DNA from: Pelomyxa schiedti
Lineage: Eukaryota; Protista; Evosea
Length of the DNA stretch: 17,834 bases
Reading direction: 5' to 3'
Assembly: GCA_020536535.1 (NCBI GenBank)
Contig: JAHLWZ010000381.1
Span: forward strand, 662-18,495
This document shows positions 1-6,300 of this stretch, piece by piece; positions within the stretch are counted from its first letter, which is position 1, and each line of letters opens with the position of its first letter. Position numbers and translations under genes: made by a program. Under the pieces are notes generated by a model. That model saw nothing but the letters and a program-made list of their open reading frames with translations. It made no database searches and was not told where the DNA came from.

Positions 1-102
1 TGCACCCCGTGGCCGATGGTCTTGTAGAAAACGCCTTTTTTTTCCGTCTCAGTTCCTCGTCTCTGGACTGAGAAAACTAATAAACCCGATAAAAAGTGTG
101 CA

Positions 103-136
103 CACTTGGGCAGTCCCAACACTTGGGCAGTCCCAA
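103..136. repeat. perfect tandem duplication of a 17-bp motif (CACTTGGGCAGTCCCAA x2) just upstream of the eIF2-alpha coding start
   Basis: Read directly: copy 1 at 103-119 and copy 2 at 120-136 are identical. Confidence 0.85.
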
Positions 137-160
137 TCGTGGCGGCTATTTGTTGCGAGA

Positions 161-343
161 ATGGCGGATGCATCGCCGTCGCGTGGTACCGTCGAGAGTG
201 CGTCCCACAGCAGTTGTACAACCATTATGGGAGAGTCGTCGCCTGATACGCGCACAGCTGTGGAGCCTCAGGGCGACACCAGATTCCGTGAGTGGGCCGA
301 AGAAAACCGCCAACTATTGAATTGTCGTTTCTACGAGAACGAG
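161..343 (+). CDS. EIF2S1: eIF2-alpha (translation initiation factor 2 alpha subunit), exon 1. It ends ...LLNCRFYENE, which matches the canonical N-terminus MPGLSCRFYQHK. The start codon is uncertain: the in-frame ATG at 161 and the ATG at 227 both give an N-terminal extension.
   Basis: In-frame translation MADASPSRGT...RQLLNCRFYENE followed by donor GTTTTG at 344. The CRFY motif and the downstream exons align to eIF2-alpha as recalled from memory. Confidence 0.6.
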
Positions 344-411
344 GTTTTGTGTTTTGGTTTTGGTTTTGGTTTTGGTTTTGGTTTTGGTTTTGGTTTTGGT
401 TTTGTTTTTGG
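344..411. repeat. (GTTTTG)n microsatellite, about 11 units with 9 perfect units at 351-404, inside intron 1 of eIF2-alpha
   Basis: Read directly. The six-frame ORFs that show FGFGFG or FWFWFW are translations of this repeat. Confidence 0.95.
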
Positions 412-448
412 GATTCAAAAATATATCTTGAAACAAACTTTGCTGCAG

Positions 449-523
449 TGGCCAGAGGTGGAGGAGTGCGTCTTGGCTACTGTTACTAGTGTTACTGATT
501 TGGGTGCATTTGTGGAACTCCCG
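449..523 (+). CDS. EIF2S1: eIF2-alpha exon 2 (WPEVEECVLATVTSVTDLGAFVELP), the start of the S1 domain
   Basis: Acceptor CTGCAG at 448. Aligns to [25 protein letters not shown]. Phase 0 is preserved from exon 1. Donor GTAGTT at 524. Confidence 0.7.
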
Positions 524-589
524 GTAGTTACCTGTTTTTTTTTTTTCCCCTGTGTGTTGTCTAACGACGGTTTGGCCAATCTTTGTTAG

Positions 590-713
590 GAGTACAGTAA
601 TAAGGAAGCACTTGTCTTAATTTCTGAATCGGGCCGCAGGCGTTTTCGGTCGAACCCTTATCATGTTGGGGGTAAATTTGCGGGTTGTGTTCTGCGAGTC
701 GATACAGAAAGAG
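590..713 (+). CDS. EIF2S1: eIF2-alpha exon 3 (EYSNKEALVLISESGRRRFRSNPYHVGGKFAGCVLRVDTER)
   Basis: Acceptor TTGTTAG at 589 and donor GTATCA at 714. Aligns to [21 protein letters not shown]...VVVIRVDKEKG, the S1 domain that contains the regulatory Ser51 region (SESGRRR here). Confidence 0.7.
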
Positions 714-753
714 GTATCATTAACACAGTATTCACTGCACTCATTGTGCTTAG

Positions 754-833
754 GTTACATTGACCTAAGCAGAAGACGAGTCACAGAAGATGATAAAGAA
801 CGATTACGGGATAGATATTTCATGTCAAAAATT
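754..833 (+). CDS. EIF2S1: eIF2-alpha exon 4 (GYIDLSRRRVTEDDKERLRDRYFMSKI)
   Basis: Phase-1 junction with exon 3. Aligns to [26 protein letters not shown]. The flanking introns are 40 and 44 nt. Confidence 0.65.
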
Positions 834-877
834 GTTCTTGCTCTGTTCTGCGACTTTTCCTGATGATGGTTGTTTAG

Positions 878-901
878 GTTCGCAAAATATTAGAGAGATT
901 G
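878..901 (+). CDS. EIF2S1: eIF2-alpha 24-nt micro-exon (VRKILERL)
   Basis: Acceptor TTGTTTAG at 877 and donor GTATGT at 902. Aligns to VYSILRHVAEVL. Confidence 0.5.
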
Positions 902-1116
902 GTATGTGGTTCATGTGAAATGAATAAATCTCACATTTTGGAAAGCTGTACTGTATTATCAGACCAACAAAAAGTGTAATTGCATTACTGTGCGGCCAAC
1001 ATCCAAGATGCGGTGCTAGCAGCCCTATCTTTGAGCTTCCTCTTCTTGTTATGCATCTAATAGCATCTTTTATGGGTCAAAGTAGTCCCTCATGATTCCT
1101 CAATAAGATTTTTAAG

Positions 1117-1220
1117 GTGTCCTTAGGTGGCATTACCCTTCTCCACATTTACCAACGTCACGTTTGGCCACTGAACACAATTTACAAGAACCCTTTCCTG
1201 GCCTTCCAACGAGCCATCAT
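1117..1220 (+). CDS. EIF2S1: eIF2-alpha exon (VSLGGITLLHIYQRHVWPLNTIYKNPFLAFQRAI)
   Basis: Aligns to [31 protein letters not shown]. The frame and acceptor are approximate. A further small exon may lie in the preceding 215-nt gap. Confidence 0.45.
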
Positions 1221-1263
1221 GTAATTTATCATTCAATGATGAAGAAACCTAATAATTTTCCAG

Positions 1264-1286
1264 AGATCCAGCTGCAGCTTTCAAAG
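1264..1286 (+). CDS. EIF2S1: eIF2-alpha 23-nt micro-exon (IDPAAAFK)
   Basis: Acceptor TTTTCCAG at 1263 and donor GTGTTG at 1287. The phase works only with this exon included. Aligns to SDPSILDSL. Confidence 0.45.
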
Positions 1287-1356
1287 GTGTTGAAATCCCT
1301 AGTTCAACTCTCAATTCTTTGTCTTTGATACTTGCAGAGAATAAACGTCTCTTTAG

Positions 1357-1508
1357 TTCCATGGTATTCGCGTGTCGTTGCTGTTTTTGGCATTACTGTA
1401 TTCAAGGTTGAGATGGACATTGACGTAACCTGCTTTGGGCCTACCGGCATTGATGGCCTCAAAGAGATCTTTCTTGCTGGCGAATCCTGCTCAATTCCGG
1501 CAGCAACA
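1357..1508 (+). CDS. EIF2S1: eIF2-alpha exon (VPWYSRVVAVFGITVFKVEMDIDVTCFGPTGIDGLKEIFLAGESCSIPAAT)
   Basis: Aligns to [32 protein letters not shown]. Donor GTGCGA at 1509 and a 45-nt intron. Confidence 0.6.
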
Positions 1509-1553
1509 GTGCGAGTAATTTTACTTCTTATCATCCAAAACTGAGTGGCAAAG

Positions 1554-1653
1554 ATTCATATAATTAGCTCCCCTACCTACCGCATGATATCATACTCTCC
1601 AGATATTGAGCTGGCAAAAGCAACTCTGCAACGGGCTGTGGATGTTATGCAGA
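1554..1653 (+). CDS. EIF2S1: eIF2-alpha exon (IHIISSPTYRMISYSPDIELAKATLQRAVDVMQ). The 3' terminal exon or exons downstream are not resolved.
   Basis: Aligns to [37 protein letters not shown]. Strong donor GTAAGA at 1654. Confidence 0.6.
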
Positions 1654-1831
1654 GTAAGATATACAATTATACACAGTCCAACCTCGAAATTAGGAGTGTA
1701 TGTCTGTTGTCTACCACAAAAGCAAGATTAACACCATCCAGAAACCTCGAGTTACCATTATACCTCCAAGACTCTATGACGAGACCATCAATTTTTAGAC
1801 TAGATCCAAATTGTGGTGAGAAAAACTTTCT

Positions 1832-1837
1832 TTTATT
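1832..1837 (-). promoter_or_regulatory. putative polyadenylation signal (AATAAA on the minus strand) for the minus-strand small gene, about 110 nt past its stop
   Basis: TTTATT on the + strand at 1832-1837. Confidence 0.35.
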
Positions 1838-1946
1838 TCCCACATTCTTCTTGGCAGTCAAGTCAATGAATCATCCCTTCCTCCTTCCTTCACTCAATCA
1901 TGACAATGGTTTGGACCGGTTTAGACTCCCACTCTTCCCTCACTCT

Positions 1947-2237
1947 CTATGTCTCAACCTTGTCCTTCTCCTCCGTGTCCTTGTCAGCCTCTTTCATTTT
2001 ATGGACCGCCTCTGAGACCCTCGAACCACCAAGCTTGCCCCTCTCGTGTGCGGTAAGTGGCTCATGAGCTTTTTGCTTCTCCAATATATCCTCTATAGCA
2101 TGCTTCTCTCCACCCAACTCCTCTGCCCTTTGCGCCGCCTTGTAGGCCTTTCCGCCAAGCACCCCAGCTTCCTGTCGGCTCAGGGTCTCTCCAGATTCCT
2201 TCTTCTCTAGTATCTCTTGCACTTTTGGATCATCCAT
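1947..2237 (-). CDS. 96-aa hydrophilic small protein with repeated hydrophobic-GG motifs (VLGGKAYKAAQRAEELGG and HERGKLGGSRVSEAV) and an acidic tail. It resembles Con-6/KGG-type stress or conidiation proteins.
   Basis: The ORF is intronless and starts at a true ATG at 2237 (the six-frame track extends it to an upstream GTG). Its composition and motifs resemble Con-6 (HERRVLGGYKATL...), recalled from memory. Confidence 0.5.
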   Translation of the reverse strand: MDDPKVQEILEKKESGETLSRQEAGVLGGKAYKAAQRAEELGGEKHAIEDILEKQKAHEPLTAHERGKLGGSRVSEAVHKMKEADKDTEEKDKVET

Positions 2238-3173
2238 TTCTTCCCTACACAGCACCGCTCACAGATTGTCTGATGCTTACTTCTTGGCTGTTTGTTTTGT
2301 GGGCTAACTTGCTTGCTTTCTTCTTTACTCTCACCTTCTTCAACTAGTTGTTTGTCCTTAAGTGGTGTTGTTATTTTTCATTGTCTATTTGTCCCGTCTG
2401 CCACACAACCAGTAGTCACGTCATCTGTGCACTTTTTAAAACGATCAAAAGTTTTAACTGCAACTGATCGTTCCTCGAATCGGTTCTCTTGTCTTGGAAA
2501 CAAAACAAAAAAAACCCAAGCCGTTCGGCAGTAGGCACCGCGACCTTCAAAAACAAAAGAAACAAAAAGTGCGTGTGGGTTATATCCGGTTTTTTGGTCC
2601 ATGTTGTGTTTGTGTTTTTTTTTTTTTTTCCCTTTGAACGATGTGACACAAACGGAGGTGACGTACCCACCCATAATGCGCTGGAGATATCATTGCAATC
2701 CTCCTGTTCGTGTTTGCCTTCCTTGTTGCAGTTCTGGCTGTTCTTGGCTACCTTGCCCACCGATTCGCTGGCAAGGCCTAAACTCAAGACAAAACCAATC
2801 CCATAAGCACGCCAACCTAGTTGGTGCTGCCTTGTTTATGCACTTGTTGGCTAGGGAGTACAACGTCCCTAAACCAGCCAAATGAAAACAAGTGGTACTA
2901 ATAGATCTATGACAACGTGATAGACCATTGGCTTTTGTGGTTGGGACCAACGATCTCCGAGCTCGCACTACCAGGGGAGAAAATAGCAATAGCTCCTGCT
3001 CCAACTTAGTCATGCCCATTACATAGAACGGTGCACCTTTTTCAGTGTCGTTTCGGCGGCGTAAAAACGAAGATTCGGGCTACCGTCTGGCGGTTTTTTT
3101 AAAAAAAAATTAAGAAAACAAGCAACAAAACAAGCAAATTAAACAAAACAACAAAAAACCTCGGCTTCGAAAC
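2238..3173. promoter_or_regulatory. divergent intergenic region between the minus-strand small gene and the + strand NACHT-TPR gene. It contains a T17 tract (about 2614-2630) and an A-rich leader at 3095-3165. It is a probable bidirectional promoter and 5' UTR region.
   Basis: No convincing coding potential. The ORFs here are low-complexity K- or F-rich. Homopolymer tracts are present. Confidence 0.3.
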
Positions 3174-3308
3174 ATGGCAGCGAGTGAGAGGGGGGTGTTT
3201 AGCGACCACGTGTTTTTCCTTCTGGATCTTCCGGCTCCCAACAAAAAAAGTGTGACGCAAATCATACGAGACTATGGGGGAGAAGTCTCTTCGATGCCGT
3301 CAAAGATG
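3174..3308 (+). CDS. NACHT-TPR gene exon 1, the first half of the BRCT domain (MAASERGVFSDHVFFLLDLPAPNKKSVTQIIRDYGGEVSSMPSKM)
   Basis: ATG at 3174 and strong donor GTGAGT at 3309. Shows the BRCT pattern (hydrophobic core and the GG motif). Confidence 0.65.
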
Positions 3309-6300
3309 GTGAGTGAAACGTTTTGGATTTTGTAGTAAGTTTTGAGTCTGAGTTGATTTGTTTAGGTTACACATGTTGTGGTTAGGCCTGATGATTTGAG
3401 CAGTAATTCATTCAAAGTTCAAGCGATTCTCAAAAAGAACCCAGCAATGCAAGCTGTTCTCGAGACGTGGGTGCAAGATAAAACGAGAGGTGCCAGGAAG
3501 GTGGCACCAAAGCCAAAAGCTCCACCACCTCCACCTACACCTGCCTTTGTTCCACCAGAGGATGACACTATGTCCATGATCAGTGTCAGGACAACTTCGT
3601 CAGTGGCTTCTTCCGCGTCTGCTCTTGCACAAGTTGTTCCAGCGAAACCTGTCCCAGTACCTACTGTAACAATGGTCTTGCCAACTTCAGGTTTTTTGGG
3701 AAAATAAACTGTAACCCGACTTATGCTCCACAGGGCCAAATACTGGAGATTTCCGGCTTGCTCTTTTTGGTGTACACTTTAGACCAGGGCCAGGATTTAA
3801 GCTGAAAATAGGTTCCGTTACAGCAACGGAATACGAGTTCCATAGTAGCTCTTCTGTTATTGTAAATGTACCTCCTTGCACGTATGTTCCCTTCAATGCA
3901 ACAATAAGTCTGAAAGTCTTTAGGGTGCCTCCCGGAACTGTTCCTATACACGCCACAAATGACAATGGGCGCCACTATGGTTTTCCAATGGAGTTCCGTT
4001 TTTATGGTATTTTGTTAAAAAAAACCTATTCCTTCCTCACTAATGAATGAATAGATGCTGGTGCCGGCCAACTTTCCCAGTCAGTTGAACAAAAGGTTCT
4101 TGTGGGTGGTGAGTTCCTTCTACATTAACTTGCTGTCAGATTGCCATTCTCCGTGGGCAGCTTACAAACGTCCGAAGGGCCATTTCTAATATCCAACAAA
4201 CTGAAATCGATTTGAGGACGCAGCTTGCTCAACTCACTGATTTGAAACTATTGGAAGAGCTGGAACCCGAGGAGGTTGAATATATCTTTTGTGTGGAGAC
4301 TTTTTAAGGATTTTAGGTACCTCCTGAGCAAGCTGTGGCAGCTACAGAGAAACCGGCACCTCTTCGACATGAGGAGTTTGAGAGGGAAATTAGGATCTTC
4401 ATTTCCAGTCCATTCAGGGACATGAAGGAGGAGCGAGAGAAGATTGTGTGTTGCTTGTATTTCCTTGTCTCAATTTCCTTACGTTTAACACCATCTACCA
4501 TAGGTTAAACTTGTCATCCCCAAAGTACGCAAGTTATGTATGTCATTAGATGTTGCTGTCAGCTATGTAGATCTAAGATGGTACCTTTTTACTTCTTTAT
4601 TTTGTCTCACGTTTCTTTTTAGGGGTGTCACTGGGGCGCAAAGTGAGCAAGCCACTATGCTTTTGATGTGTCTAAGAGAAGTTGCCAAGTCAAATGTATT
4701 TGTGGGACTTTACGGGGAGCGTTACGGATGGGCAATTTCCAATGAGGGTGACACAAGTAACAACGACCTTCTAAGTCGCTCCTTTGATCTTGCTGCACGT
4801 GAATTCCCGTGGATTAACGAATACAGGGACAGAAGTGTTACTGAACTCGAGATGCGAATGGTACTGGTTTCTATACTGCTTTGCCATGTTCTGATCGTAA
4901 TCAGCTTCTTGGGCATAAATATGATGGTTCTAATAAACCTGCATGGTTCTATCTCCGTGATCCGTATTTCATCGAAGAAGTACCCAAAGAGCAAAGACAT
5001 CTCTTTGTGTCTGAAGGCCCAACTGCAAGTAGAAAGTTATCCACACTCAAGACAGATGTGCATAAAGCTGGACATCCTGTAAAGGACTACCTTCGAGCTG
5101 ATCAGATGGCCGAATTTATGTTTGAGGACTTAAAACAATATGTTGCTAAGAAGTATCCCGAGGTTGACCTACATTTTATCACTCTGAAATTGACCTGTTC
5201 CCAGGGTATGTCACTCAGTGACGAAGAACGTGAAGACCTCCGACATAAGCTCACTTCGCGAAACCTCACCCGTGTATACCTACCAAATGAAAGTAACTTC
5301 CTGGAACTTGACAAATTTGTCTCAAGTGAGAAGGAGTTACCTATGGTCATTGTTGGAGGGGTAGGGAGCAACAAATCCCTCTCCCACATTTAATATGCAC
5401 ATAGGGTGGCAGCGGCAAGTCTGCTTTGATGGCCAACTGGGTGATGAGACACAAGGTACTCAAATAATCATTTTCTCGTTAATATGATAAGGAGCACCAC
5501 CCCGAAGACGTAATTGCATTACACTATGTAGGCTGTTCGCCAGCATCAACGAATTATGCTTTCTTGCTTGGCAGGCTTATGCGGCTGGTACACGCCACTT
5601 TTACCACAGTGAAATTTACTCCATTAGATATCAGAACAACTTGGTGCCGCTGTCGATCTTCCATCTGATCAAAGCAAAACCCCTCTTGCATTTGTTACCT
5701 GGCTTTCCAACCTTTCAGTAGTAAATGTCAACAACCGCCGTATTGTGAGTTTTCTTCTCTTGCGCTTTTATCCAACTAAATTATTCAGATTGTGGTTATC
5801 GATGGTCTTAATAAGTTGGATGAACGAGATAATGCGCAAGAATTATTGTGGTTCCCTCAGTAAGCCAATATTGTCATCTTTATATGCGTTCTTAGTTTTC
5901 AAAAGAACTTTCCCGAGGTTCATGAGTGTCATAGTAACAACAGCTCCGATCCAAAGGATTGCGCATACCCTCAAAGTACCAAAGCCTTCCTTTGGTATTC
6001 AATTTACGCTTTGTAGAAACGCAACTGCCCAACAATGGACCTTGCTCTACTTGAGGAAGCAGAGCGCAAATCTTTTGTCCGAATGTACTTGAACCAGCGT
6101 GCAAAGAAGTTATCTGATCAGCAAGAATTTATGATTGCTTCCGCTGAGCAAACAGCTAATCCCAGGTTCGATTTATTTGGAGACTTAGACTTTTTTTTAT
6201 GCACTGTAGATTCTTACAGACACTCCTTGATGATATTGCAGTATTCGGGGAGCACGAAGCACTCGAAAAACGGATTAAGCAATGTCTTGCAGCGAAGAAC

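Noticed and set aside
98-589. ORFs of 163 and 65 aa containing FGFGFGFG and FWFWFWFW
   Set aside because: These are simply the (GTTTTG)n microsatellite in intron 1 of eIF2-alpha read in frame. The real coding sequence is the flanking exons at 161-343 and 449-523.
2378-2806. Overlapping ORFs of 98-123 aa on both strands that contain KKKKK or FFFFF
   Set aside because: They are low-complexity translations of the A/T homopolymer-rich intergenic spacer. They have no homology, no splice continuity and no start context.
4054-4108. Alternative exon reading MLVPANFPSSVEQKVLVGG from the acceptor at 4053
   Set aside because: It is incompatible with the phase-1 end of the TIG exon at 4006. The acceptor at 4079 keeps the frame. 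It stays a low-confidence region.
5609-5627. A candidate 19-nt intron (GTGAAA…CATTAG) in the NACHT gene, and a 17-20 nt candidate at 5918-5934
   Set aside because: They are shorter than any other intron in the window. The alternative donors GTACAC at 5588 and AG at 5905 give 40- and 46-nt introns with the same protein continuity.
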